A DNA stretch of 64,000 nt, from the NCBI GenBank assembly GCA_017548525.1, contig JAFYZV010000230.1, forward strand, positions 2,981-66,980. The letters are read 5' to 3'. The notes beneath the pieces are model-generated. The model had not been told where the DNA came from. It worked only from the letters and a program-made list of their open reading frames with translations, and ran no database searches. Shown here piece after piece: positions 30,941 through 40,384 of this stretch; position 1 is the first letter of the stretch, and each line of letters begins with the position of its first letter. The DNA comes from Prevotella sp. (GTDB lineage: Bacteria > Bacteroidota > Bacteroidia > Bacteroidales > Bacteroidaceae). The translations under genes were made by a program, and so were the position numbers.

Positions 30941-31621
30941 CTATTTATAAGATGTGAGTGTTCCCAATCCTCCACAGTTGTGGCAGGTGTAATTGCCAAT
31001 TCTACCAGCCCCGTTGCAGTTCGGGCAGAGGATGGTATAGATGCGAGGACCTTCGTTCTCCTTGTATGTGCCTGCTCCACCCGAACCAAAGAACTGGTGA
31101 TGGGGTACACCTATATATAATGTTTTCGCATACCAGTTTTCGCCCTTGTGCTTGGGGTCGGACACTTCGATGGATGCAACTACCTCCCCGTTGCTATACT
31201 GTACGTCATAGTACTTTCCACCTTCATACATCGACGCAGACCCGTTGAGTGTGCCATGATCGAAGTTTGCCACCACCCACGATTTATTGTTTACGTAAGA
31301 AATCTCTATCTTACCATTCAACTGGCCGTTATCGTCAAAATAGCCGGCATACTCATCCCCATTGGACATGACAAGCCTTCCATTATAACGCTTGCCATTC
31401 TTGGTCGTGCCATAGAACGTGCCGTCGCTGTAGTGAACCACTTGGTCGCCTTTCATCCCACCGCTCAGGTCTATTGGCTTGGAGGGAGCAGCATAGGGGT
31501 TGCCCCTTTTAATGACACCCGTGGAGTTCAACAAGCTCCCACTCCTGCCAAATGGCCATTGTGCCAATACCAATGAGCATGGCAAAAAGGATAGTGCGAT
31601 TGAAATGATAATCTTTTTCAT
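30941..31621 (-). CDS. Secreted protein with MORN-like repeats and a C-terminal CxxCxGxG zinc finger
   Basis: Signal peptide; FYGTTKNGKRYNG and YAGYFDDNGQLNG repeats; CPNCNGAG...CHNCGGLG. Confidence 0.7.
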   Translation of the reverse strand: MKKIIISIALSFLPCSLVLAQWPFGRSGSLLNSTGVIKRGNPYAAPSKPIDLSGGMKGDQVVHYSDGTFYGTTKNGKRYNGRLVMSNGDEYAGYFDDNGQLNGKIEISYVNNKSWVVANFDHGTLNGSASMYEGGKYYDVQYSNGEVVASIEVSDPKHKGENWYAKTLYIGVPHHQFFGSGGAGTYKENEGPRIYTILCPNCNGAGRIGNYTCHNCGGLGTLTSYK

Positions 31622-31725
31622 GTGATGAGTTTGTTTAATTGCTTATTATTCTTTGTAGTGCATAAATAGGTATTAATATGATACCGAATTATGTGTTATA
31701 TCTGATATGACCATCTTCTTGGAGA

Positions 31726-32379
31726 TCAAAACATATAATGTAAAGTTAGTATACCACCATACATAATTGGTGAATTACCTTTGTCGTTTGAATAAGTTGC
31801 TCCCATTTTACCGAAAGGTCCGACAGAAAACCCTAAATGGTTTGAAGAATATCCTATTCCACCTTCTATCCCAAGCGTACACCCAAACTCATCAGATAGA
31901 TTTTTATATTTTCTATTAACATCAGAAGTTTCGTTTACAGGAAATATTGCAATTGGACAAACCGAAAGACCAGGATAGACATACCATTTTCCACGAGTGC
32001 TTAAAGGATTAAGAGTATAACGAAGACGAATAGTGACATTGGGAATTTCAAAAAGTTTTGAGTCATGATTTGAACGAGACGACTTTTCCCATTCAGCACT
32101 ATTCTTACAATAGGTAATTCCTATTCCCATTTCCCCTAACCAACGTGATTCGGGATTGTTGTTTAAAGGCATTGTTGCAACATAATTGACACTTCCCAGG
32201 ATTCCATTTTTTATGGAATACTGGGTGGCTGAATAACCCATAGTTCCAATTCCTAAGCTTAACCCCATTTTTAATTTTTTCTCCTTCTTCACTTTTCCAC
32301 CTCCAATAAGATCGTTTTGTGCTGACAGAGAGGCAAAATTGGTTGCGGCGATAAGCAACATAATAATCATTTTTTTCAT
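31726..32379 (-). CDS. Putative outer-membrane beta-barrel protein
   Basis: Signal peptide, alternating beta-strand pattern and terminal aromatic motif LTLHYMF. Confidence 0.65.
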   Translation of the reverse strand: MKKMIIMLLIAATNFASLSAQNDLIGGGKVKKEKKLKMGLSLGIGTMGYSATQYSIKNGILGSVNYVATMPLNNNPESRWLGEMGIGITYCKNSAEWEKSSRSNHDSKLFEIPNVTIRLRYTLNPLSTRGKWYVYPGLSVCPIAIFPVNETSDVNRKYKNLSDEFGCTLGIEGGIGYSSNHLGFSVGPFGKMGATYSNDKGNSPIMYGGILTLHYMF

Positions 32380-32399
32380 TGTAATTAAGTTTTAATTGA

Positions 32400-33611
32400 T
32401 TAATAGATATAGTTATATGATACATTTTCTGTTACTCCACCCTTGGTGTATTTCTGTTTGCCGATTTGCATCATAACCGTTGTCGGAATGATTTGGCTGG
32501 CATAAAAACTTTGTCCGGGACGAAAATAGCAAGAGTTCTCCGTGTTGTCTGCGTATTTTATGTATTTAATGGCATCGCCAACTTTACAGCCCATTTGCTC
32601 GGCTTTACTTCCAGAAACTATATCGGAAATGGTTGTATCTTGCATGAAATTATTGCAAAACACTCCCCATGTACTAACACTTGATGACATGACAGACTCA
32701 TGAAAAGGGTATTCTAATGCCCATGAGCCTATCCATCTCTTTACCATTTCCAATAAACGAATCTCATTCGTACAATGTTCGCTATATGTCAGTTGCCAAA
32801 TGACAGGGGCATTCTCATTGTTTAATTTCCGAGAGTCAAGGATTGAAAACTCCAAATAAGCATCTGCTTGAACATTAGTACGCATATAACCAACATCTTG
32901 AGTGACAGTTGTAGCATTGCCACTGCTGCCACCAACACTAAGTCCCCTTACTCCAAGGAAATTACCCATGCCAACACTTGTGCCATCTGACTCTGTAGTA
33001 GTTTTATATTGCGGAACATACATGGATTCAATTTTCTGATTGACATCTTTAGTGATATAAAGATAAATATCAGGATTATCAGTTGTTCGTTTCAGGCCTT
33101 TAGATTGAAGTCGGTCTGCGAAGACTTCCATTAGAGTTTTATCCATTAGTTGATCATCGCCGGCTAATCTGTAGTCGAAAGTATTGATGGCGAAGAAATC
33201 CACATCCATATCAGACAGCAGAGAAATCGTTGCAGGCATTTCTGTAGGAGGAGCCTTCGTTACAAGTAATTTCCCTTTGCGTTTTGTAAAATGTTTGGTA
33301 AATTGCTTGTTTTGCCCATTCGTTTTTGTCTGATAGGATAGTTCGAAAGAATTGTTGTTATCAAGAATGTTATAGAACTCAGCCTCATCCATGTCTTTTG
33401 TACTTTCGCCATTGATGGCCGTAATTACGGAGAGATACTTGAGAGTTGGAGCCTCTGGCTCAATACACATGTTGTTCCAGTTATTAGTAACTGTAAGATA
33501 GTCGGGTGCCCAGTTTGTTAAACGTTTAACTTCTAAAGCATGGTCAGCTTGAAACTGTGCTTTAATAGTCATTGAAAACAGAGCAACAATAAATAAATAT
33601 AAAATTCTCAT
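32400..33611 (-). CDS. Secreted DUF4136-like protein with PDZ-like segments
   Basis: Signal peptide; DVDF..INTFDY...LQSKGLKR..NPDIYL...VIWQ; VSGSKAEQMGCKVGDAI. Confidence 0.55.
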   Translation of the reverse strand: MRILYLFIVALFSMTIKAQFQADHALEVKRLTNWAPDYLTVTNNWNNMCIEPEAPTLKYLSVITAINGESTKDMDEAEFYNILDNNNSFELSYQTKTNGQNKQFTKHFTKRKGKLLVTKAPPTEMPATISLLSDMDVDFFAINTFDYRLAGDDQLMDKTLMEVFADRLQSKGLKRTTDNPDIYLYITKDVNQKIESMYVPQYKTTTESDGTSVGMGNFLGVRGLSVGGSSGNATTVTQDVGYMRTNVQADAYLEFSILDSRKLNNENAPVIWQLTYSEHCTNEIRLLEMVKRWIGSWALEYPFHESVMSSSVSTWGVFCNNFMQDTTISDIVSGSKAEQMGCKVGDAIKYIKYADNTENSCYFRPGQSFYASQIIPTTVMMQIGKQKYTKGGVTENVSYNYIY

Positions 33612-33641
33612 TTCTTCTATTTGTTGAAAAATTAAATAAAA

Positions 33642-33827
33642 TTATTCATCCCAAATACTGTTTTTCCAATTTGGGGCTTGGTCGTAGCCTTCTTCTTCGT
33701 ATTCAAACACATTATTACTTTTACCAAGAACCATTGATGTTGTGCCATCGCCTATTCCTATCATGACATGGTTACCAATGTATTCTGCATATTTGATGAT
33801 AGGCTTTATATATAATTTTTTAGTCAT
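33642..33827 (-). CDS. Small peptide (61 aa) with N-terminal KKxYxKP motif
   Basis: MTKKLYIKPIIK...SIWDE; starts 10 bp after the upstream gene's stop and lies within the operon. Confidence 0.65.
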   Translation of the reverse strand: MTKKLYIKPIIKYAEYIGNHVMIGIGDGTTSMVLGKSNNVFEYEEEGYDQAPNWKNSIWDE

Positions 33828-33837
33828 AAGTAAACAA

Positions 33838-35511
33838 TTATTTAATGATAACTTTTTTTCCGTTGTTGATATAGATTCCTTGGGAAGAAGGGATGCCGTT
33901 GATTTTTGTTCCTTGTATAGTGTACCACGATTCCATTTTTTCTTTTTCAGAGACACCCTTAACGCAAGTGGGATCCATTCCCAAATTAAGGTTTAATGCC
34001 TTGGCGTTATTAGCTGGATTTTCATATACGATGTAGGCTCTGTTTGCTGGGATGGTCGTGCCAGTAAACTCGTAGAATCCTATATATCCATTCGATCCAA
34101 GACCAAGGGTCATGATGATACCAGATTGCTGGGCATTGCCAAGAGCCTCAGTGACAGTTGTTTTCTTGGTTGTTCCACTTAACCAGTTGTTGTATTGTAG
34201 CGGGCTTTCTTGTGAGATGGTTTTGGGGAAACGGTATGTTCCAGAGTTACCTTGTACGATGACACCTGTATATGCCGGAATATAGTTTTTCAATCTTGCC
34301 AACTTAACTTCGTTGTCAACGATGTCGTATGCGTAATAAACCCCCAATAAGTCGGGTTCGTATGTGTTGTATGGGATCTCAACGGGGAAGTCGAGATAGA
34401 GTGTACTCACTCCATATTTGGAAATGGTAATGTCAAAATAATTGGGTTTTCCATCATCATACCATTTGAAGTAAGGATAGGATTCCCCCTCGTCAATGCT
34501 CCATATATTAGTAAAGTCCCATCCGAGGGCTGTGTAAGTGGACGATTGGAATAGGCTTGCTGTTTCTACTCCTATCCCATTATCTGTACCATTAGAACTG
34601 TTGCATCCATCATAAACATTGTCTCGTGGCGTGGTGCTGCCTTGGAAGTATATTTCCATAGAAGCATTTGCCCTACTTGTTGTTGAGACATAACGGTTGT
34701 TATCGTATTGGCCTATGATGCGGCCAGTCCAATTCGACCCCCATAGTTTGGTGTTTGCGGCTACACAATAACTTACATACCCAGGACTTGTTCCTCCCGT
34801 GTTGCTAAAATATCCCAGTATACCACCGACGTTGTATGAACTAAATACGGTACCTGCTGCGTAGCATTTAGTGATACCACCGAAACGATTATACCCGACG
34901 AGGCCGCCTGCGCTACATTGGCCGTTAGCATTACCTATTACACTACCATTAAAAAAGCAATTTGTGATAAATGAATGTGAGCTGCTGATTCCATCTATTG
35001 AACCGATTAAACCACCAACTGCATATTGACCTGTAATAATACCTGTAACTCCACATTCACTAATGGTGGTGCTGTAGTCAATTCTACCAGAAAGACCTCC
35101 GATGGCCGTGTTACCCGTAATATTACAGTCAGTTATCATGAGGCGATTGATGGTCGCATTTTTTATGAACCCAAATAATCCAATATAGTCAATATTTGGT
35201 CGATTGATGGTCAATCCCCCTATGTTTTTGCAATTCCCATCAAATACCCCTTGAAATGAGTTGCTTGATGTTCCAATGGGTTGCCAGCCCTCTGTAGGGC
35301 TGTTTTGTGCGATGAAAGAAGTCAGGTCGATGGAGTTCATCAACTTGAAATACACGCCTGCAGTGTTGAGGAAATTACGCACTTGGTTCAGTTCCTCGGC
35401 AGTTGTGATTTGGTATGGGTCTGATTGTGTTCCTGAACCATTGCCACTAAATTGGGCAAATGTTAAAAGTGAGCATAGTAACAATGCTACGGTTAATAAT
35501 TTTCTTTTCAT
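33838..35511 (-). CDS. GLUG-repeat beta-helix protein with T9SS C-terminal domain
   Basis: FSGNGSGTQSDPYQI, GWQPIG, FQGVFDG, repeated GGLxG motifs, WDFTNIW; tail WYTIQG...GIYINNGKKVIIK. Confidence 0.85.
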   Translation of the reverse strand: MKRKLLTVALLLCSLLTFAQFSGNGSGTQSDPYQITTAEELNQVRNFLNTAGVYFKLMNSIDLTSFIAQNSPTEGWQPIGTSSNSFQGVFDGNCKNIGGLTINRPNIDYIGLFGFIKNATINRLMITDCNITGNTAIGGLSGRIDYSTTISECGVTGIITGQYAVGGLIGSIDGISSSHSFITNCFFNGSVIGNANGQCSAGGLVGYNRFGGITKCYAAGTVFSSYNVGGILGYFSNTGGTSPGYVSYCVAANTKLWGSNWTGRIIGQYDNNRYVSTTSRANASMEIYFQGSTTPRDNVYDGCNSSNGTDNGIGVETASLFQSSTYTALGWDFTNIWSIDEGESYPYFKWYDDGKPNYFDITISKYGVSTLYLDFPVEIPYNTYEPDLLGVYYAYDIVDNEVKLARLKNYIPAYTGVIVQGNSGTYRFPKTISQESPLQYNNWLSGTTKKTTVTEALGNAQQSGIIMTLGLGSNGYIGFYEFTGTTIPANRAYIVYENPANNAKALNLNLGMDPTCVKGVSEKEKMESWYTIQGTKINGIPSSQGIYINNGKKVIIK

Positions 35512-35564
35512 ATTGTCTCTGTTTTTTAAGTTGAAAAACGAATTTATAATTGATTTTGTGTGGG

Positions 35565-35667
35565 CAAAGTTAGGTAAAAGAATATTCCCGTGCAAGTGGG
35601 TTTTTGCGCGTTTGTGGTCGTTTGCCCGTTCTGGCGTGGTCATTTGGTTAATTTTCGTGGTCGTTTA
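35565..35667 (-). promoter_or_regulatory. Promoter of the GLUG operon with three direct-repeat boxes
   Basis: TTG-N20-TAACTTTG; boxes gtggtcgtttg 35614, gtggtcatttg 35636 and gtggtcgttta 35657. Confidence 0.75.
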
Positions 35668-35780
35668 GTTGATAATAATTTTCTCCTATTGTTCCTGAAA
35701 GACAATTGGGCTTATCAAACTGTCATCTTTTTCTATTATTTGATAAAAATCAGATGTTGGGATGTATAATGATGGGCATA

Positions 35781-35821
35781 ATAAAAGAGGGAATGCCCAA
35801 CGATGGCATTCCCTCTTTTAT
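35781..35821 (-). terminator. Intrinsic terminator
   Basis: Perfect 17-bp stem ataaaagagggaatgcc / ggcattccctcttttat. Confidence 0.9.
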
Positions 35822-35845
35822 GATTATGATAGGAATAAGATTCGC

Positions 35846-38182
35846 TTATTTCACGACGATCTTCTTACCGTTCTTGATGACGATGCCCTTGGTGGTGTTG
35901 GTCACCTTCATGCCCATGAGGTTATAGATAGCGTTGTCGCTACCGTCTTCATTGTTGACGGAGGTGATGCCAAGGTCAATCTTGGAGGCACTAATCAAGA
36001 CGTTGCCACAATACTCATACATAACAGCACTCTCGGTGTCAATCTCGCCAGCGGCTGAGTTAGTCACAAACTTATCCTCGGCATTGACATCGCCGATGAT
36101 GCGGACATAGACGGTCTCTTGGTTGTTAGCCTCTGCGGGCAGTGTGCCAACGAGTTCGTTCCAACCATAGAGTTGTCCTGCTGTGCCACTGAAGTCAGCA
36201 TCGCGCTTCTCCAACTCTACGCTTGCGAAGTTGGTCCATGTGTTGCCGTCGAGCGAGTAGTCAGCCAGTTGCTTCTTATAGCCGAAGTTGTCTGTTCCCA
36301 CGAATGCGGAGAAGGTGACATCTTGCAACTCCTTGGTGGAGACGGTGAAGATGAAGAAGTCGGGCTTGCCAGCAGCACGTGCTGCAGCAGAGCTCTTGCG
36401 TGAGATGACAGCCATGTGTGTGTCAGCAGGATCCTCGCCAAACTTAGTGGGGCGATAGTTGAAACGGTTTTCCGTTCCGTCAACAGCTTGGTAAGCGTCG
36501 CCAATGCCAATCACGTTACCCTCCTCGTCGGTCACATTGGGAACAATCATCTGTGAGACAGAAGCCTGATAGCCCTCTGCGAAGATGTCAGCATCGTATG
36601 ATACGAGCTTGTTCTGTCCTGCGCTGGGAACGGTTGGGAAGGTGAAAGCGGAAACGAGACCCGAGGTGGCGTCCTCGTAGGTTGCGGTCAACTCGACTGC
36701 TCCGTCCAATGTCACGACACGTGGGTTGTCCATGTTGCCGTCGTTCCATCCCTTAAAGGTGTTGAATGTGCGATACTTGGAGTTGTGGTCGTTGATGGTG
36801 ATGGTCACCACGTCGCCCACCTCATAGTTCTCCTTATTTGGTGAAAGGGTGTAGTCGATATAAGATGGTCCTTCCACGCTGACGCTCAAGGAAGCCTTTA
36901 CTGGGAACTTGTCAACGTACATGATGCTCGGGCCGATGTTCTGTGCAAAGAGTGCATGGCTCTTCTCCAAACGGAAGTCAGCAGATTGTGCATCGTAGAA
37001 GTCTGTCCAAGCCAAGCCAGCGGTAGCCATGTCTATGCGACCCTCGCCACCATCTTCTGCTTGTGCCTCAGAACCCACGGGACCGATAATCCATGTGCGG
37101 TTTCCTTCCTCATCCTTATTATTACCTGCAGACCAAGCGGCATAGCCTTCAATCACGTTGTTGGCAGCAGAAACCAAGCCACCCGTACAACCGAGAATCT
37201 TTGACTCTTGAGCCTCAACAAGGCGGATAGTACCCTTCTGTGATACATTTCCCCAAGCTGTATAGTCAACGCCCACCTCTGGGGTGAGGATGATGTTGTT
37301 GTTGATTTGATAGTCAGCCATTACGCCAAGATAGCCACCCACGTCAATCATGGTGAAATTACCCTGTGCCTCATTGCCGTCGAAGCCAGCCCATGTACCC
37401 TTTGAGGCAACGACAAGGTTGTTCTCGAAGGCGATGTGGCAGTTGGCTCCCGTAGCATCACAATAGTTCCAAGTGAGGATTTGCTTGGCGTAGGGAATGT
37501 TGTAGAACATATTGTTCCGGATAATGATTTCGTCAGTTTGCGTGGCGAAATAGATGAGAGGCCAAGCATTGCCAGAGATGAGATCCATATTGTGAACCTT
37601 ACATCCTTCCATCACAAACCTTCCAAGGGTGTTGTCAGAATTGTATACTCCGTCAGTCTGAGGGGGAACGGTACGGATGATGGAACGAGGAACGTTGGTC
37701 AGTTGGCAGTTGCGGAAGATGATGGAGTCTGCATGGCAGTCCTTCTTGTTCCAATAAACTATCTGACCAGAGCTTGCCAAGTTACCCGCACGGTACTCAA
37801 ACGACACGTTCTCAATCACCAATGAGAAGTGGCTACCGGTAGCCTGAGAGTCCATATTGATGCCAATGGGCACGTGTGGCAGGTTGTCGATGTCCGTCTG
37901 GTTACTGGTGATGATGATGGTACCATCGGCACAAGCGGTAGCTTCCGGTGTGAAGTTGCCGACGTTGAGTGTGAATTCGCTGGTGGCTTGGGCGTATGTG
38001 CCGTCGTCGTTCTTGCCAGCTGCAATGATGATCTTCGTCACGCTACCCGGTGTTCCGGGGTGTGCGTTGAAAGCAGTCGTAAACTCAGCCTTCGTTGTCA
38101 CGTAGACCTCTGTTTCTTGGGCACTCATGTTGAGGGCGAACAACATGGATGCCACTACAAAAAGCGTAAATCTTTTCTTCAT
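35846..38182 (-). CDS. Secreted right-handed beta-helix protein (DUF4957/DUF5123-like, pectin-lyase fold) with InlB-B-like repeat and T9SS tail
   Basis: Signal peptide; IIFRNCQL, FVMEGCKV and IIIRNNMFYN rungs; FKGWNDG..NPRVVT; tail IYNLMG...NGKKIVVK. Confidence 0.65.
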   Translation of the reverse strand: MKKRFTLFVVASMLFALNMSAQETEVYVTTKAEFTTAFNAHPGTPGSVTKIIIAAGKNDDGTYAQATSEFTLNVGNFTPEATACADGTIIITSNQTDIDNLPHVPIGINMDSQATGSHFSLVIENVSFEYRAGNLASSGQIVYWNKKDCHADSIIFRNCQLTNVPRSIIRTVPPQTDGVYNSDNTLGRFVMEGCKVHNMDLISGNAWPLIYFATQTDEIIIRNNMFYNIPYAKQILTWNYCDATGANCHIAFENNLVVASKGTWAGFDGNEAQGNFTMIDVGGYLGVMADYQINNNIILTPEVGVDYTAWGNVSQKGTIRLVEAQESKILGCTGGLVSAANNVIEGYAAWSAGNNKDEEGNRTWIIGPVGSEAQAEDGGEGRIDMATAGLAWTDFYDAQSADFRLEKSHALFAQNIGPSIMYVDKFPVKASLSVSVEGPSYIDYTLSPNKENYEVGDVVTITINDHNSKYRTFNTFKGWNDGNMDNPRVVTLDGAVELTATYEDATSGLVSAFTFPTVPSAGQNKLVSYDADIFAEGYQASVSQMIVPNVTDEEGNVIGIGDAYQAVDGTENRFNYRPTKFGEDPADTHMAVISRKSSAAARAAGKPDFFIFTVSTKELQDVTFSAFVGTDNFGYKKQLADYSLDGNTWTNFASVELEKRDADFSGTAGQLYGWNELVGTLPAEANNQETVYVRIIGDVNAEDKFVTNSAAGEIDTESAVMYEYCGNVLISASKIDLGITSVNNEDGSDNAIYNLMGMKVTNTTKGIVIKNGKKIVVK

Positions 38183-38358
38183 ACGTAGTTTGTTTAAATT
38201 AATAAAATGAATAATGGTTATAATATGGTGCAAAGTTACTAATTTATCGGTTATTATCGAAACGTTTTGGGAGAAAAATATCTTTGTCCTATTAAAATAA
38301 TTGCATGATGAAATGGAAAGGTAGAATATGTTAAAAGTTGGTGAATCGATAACTGGTA

Positions 38359-38419
38359 GTTTCATGTACTGAAACTGTGTGTTTCATATAGTGAAACGGA
38401 GTGTTTCACATGCTGAAAC
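38359..38419. repeat. 22-bp-period palindromic repeat, 3 copies
   Basis: GTTTCA-N5-TGAAAC at 38359, 38381 and 38403. Confidence 0.9.
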
Positions 38420-38479
38420 TGAAATCGAGGTTATTATCTATTTTGGCTATATGTTACCCTGCTATCAAACAAAGATAAA

Positions 38480-38531
38480 GAATGGAGATGAAGGGCTGTG
38501 AAACTCACAGGCATTTCCTTCATCTCCATTC
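38480..38531 (-). terminator. Terminator of the SusCD cassette
   Basis: gaatggagatgaagg / ccttcatctccattc stem followed by T-rich sequence on the minus strand. Confidence 0.75.
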
Positions 38532-38556
38532 TCAAAAAAGAGCTACATTCAATCGC

Positions 38557-40356
38557 TTAGTCTTTCAAGTCCCACTGGATGAAATACCCACTGCCGCTGA
38601 TGCTGCCACGCACTTTCTGCTGGGCGGCGGGAGATGTGTACTTGGGTATGATACGCTTGATGACGCTGTCACGGGCTGCCGTCTGGTCGCCACGTCCGCC
38701 ATTGGAATAACGTTCCGCCATCTTGCAGAGGTAGCTGTACGACTTTCCCTCTGCCACATACTCCTTCAAATGCTCGTCGGCAATTGCCCAGTCGTAGATT
38801 TGCTTGCGCTCAGCTTCCGTGAGGGAATAGTTGGGGTCGGTGGGTTTGGGTAGTTTGTGAACCTTGCCTGCCGCTGCACCCACGATGCCCGCATTGCCAT
38901 AGCCTCCGCGTGGTGCAAACCAACTGGCATAGTATGGACACCACGTGCTGTCGCTGAGGGTGTTAGACGGGAAGCGGCTGGTGATACCCTGGTTGAGGAT
39001 GGTCTCTGCCTGGTCCCAATTGCCCAAATGGTTCTCCGCCTCTGCCAGCAGGAAGTGGAAGTCATGCCCACGGAAGGTGATGATGCTTGGCTGTATCTCG
39101 AAGATGTTGGAACGCAGATACTGATAGTTTCGTGTCGTCCCATCGTAATACATATAGTATTTCGTCATGCACGGCTGGCCGTTAATCCTGTCCATCACCA
39201 TGCGCTGGGTGATGCCGCGAATATCCTCCTCGTTGTATAGGTCTTGCCCATATTGCGACGGACGGAGGTAGAAAGCGTCGTTGCCAGGATATGCGGGGCA
39301 AAGATATTGCACGAGGCGGTTGCGCTGGTGGTTGGTATAATCATAGAGAATGGCACTGACTACTTGTGACTTGTTGCCAATCTCCTCTGACGAGAAGAGC
39401 GTGGTGTACGAGTGGGCAAGGTCAAAGCGCAGCCACAGGTTGGTCTGGAAGATCATGGCAAGCTCGCCCTGTTCGTCCGTTGTGTTGTAGTTGGGGATGG
39501 GTAGTTCCGTCCCTGCCTCAGCCATGTGGATGTCATAGAGGAACTTCATCAGGTTATCGCGAATCCACAACCAGTCGGCTTGTGCCGCTTCCTCACCCTC
39601 ATAGTTGCACCTCCACGACACCAATTCGGCTCGCAGAAGGAGGGCTGGCGGCACAAGGTATTCCCATTGCACGTATGCACTGGCATCCTCCGTCTCGGGG
39701 TTGAGCCACGATGCCCAGTTGACTTTCAGGTCAGAGGGGATGGCGAGACCGTCGATGGTCATGCCTCGGTCTAACAGGTTGATGCACTTCTCGACAAGCT
39801 GTTGCATGTCACAGAGAGTGAACACGCTCGCATCGGACAGTTCTTTCATGTCGGTAAGAGGGTCGTCAAACCAATATGCCTTTCCATAGATGCGTCCCAA
39901 CGTCCAATACGCCCACACCTTGAAACGAATGGCTGATGAGAGGAGAGCCTTAAAGTTGTTCTCGGTTGCCTCACTCATGCCCCCCACAGTCTTATGGTAT
40001 TCTTCCATCTTGTGGAAGAAGTCGTTACAGGCAATGATGATGGCATAATAACAGGTGGGGTCTGCATACTCGTTGCCATTGGTGGGGTCAAAATTATAGA
40101 TGGCCTTCAAGGCATCGGGGGCGTTGTCGGTTGTTTCCAACACGCTGGCGCGTGTGTCTGTGAGCCATATCGCCTGGTCGCCAGCCTCTTGCATACGGTT
40201 CATGATGCCCAGCATTCCCTTGTAAATCTCGTCTTCCTTGTCGATGTATTCATCGTCGTTGATGATATTGTCTGGGTTGGTGTCAAGCAGGTCGCTGCAA
40301 GCAGTGAACCCATAGACGAGGCAACATGCACAAATGAATTGATATATTCTTTTCAT
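38557..40356 (-). CDS. SusD/RagB-like lipoprotein (divergent)
   Basis: Lipobox FTAC, YYAIIIACN, LLAEAENHLG and EYVAEGK; follows a SusC. Confidence 0.85.
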   Translation of the reverse strand: MKRIYQFICACCLVYGFTACSDLLDTNPDNIINDDEYIDKEDEIYKGMLGIMNRMQEAGDQAIWLTDTRASVLETTDNAPDALKAIYNFDPTNGNEYADPTCYYAIIIACNDFFHKMEEYHKTVGGMSEATENNFKALLSSAIRFKVWAYWTLGRIYGKAYWFDDPLTDMKELSDASVFTLCDMQQLVEKCINLLDRGMTIDGLAIPSDLKVNWASWLNPETEDASAYVQWEYLVPPALLLRAELVSWRCNYEGEEAAQADWLWIRDNLMKFLYDIHMAEAGTELPIPNYNTTDEQGELAMIFQTNLWLRFDLAHSYTTLFSSEEIGNKSQVVSAILYDYTNHQRNRLVQYLCPAYPGNDAFYLRPSQYGQDLYNEEDIRGITQRMVMDRINGQPCMTKYYMYYDGTTRNYQYLRSNIFEIQPSIITFRGHDFHFLLAEAENHLGNWDQAETILNQGITSRFPSNTLSDSTWCPYYASWFAPRGGYGNAGIVGAAAGKVHKLPKPTDPNYSLTEAERKQIYDWAIADEHLKEYVAEGKSYSYLCKMAERYSNGGRGDQTAARDSVIKRIIPKYTSPAAQQKVRGSISGSGYFIQWDLKD

Positions 40357-40384
40357 AATTGATAGTTCTCGTTCCTGTTTTGAA

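Noticed and set aside
30931-31110. 60-codon N-terminal extension of the zinc-finger lipoprotein overlapping the upstream gene
   Set aside because: The signal peptide begins at ATG 30930; the extension is an alternative frame of the neighbouring gene.
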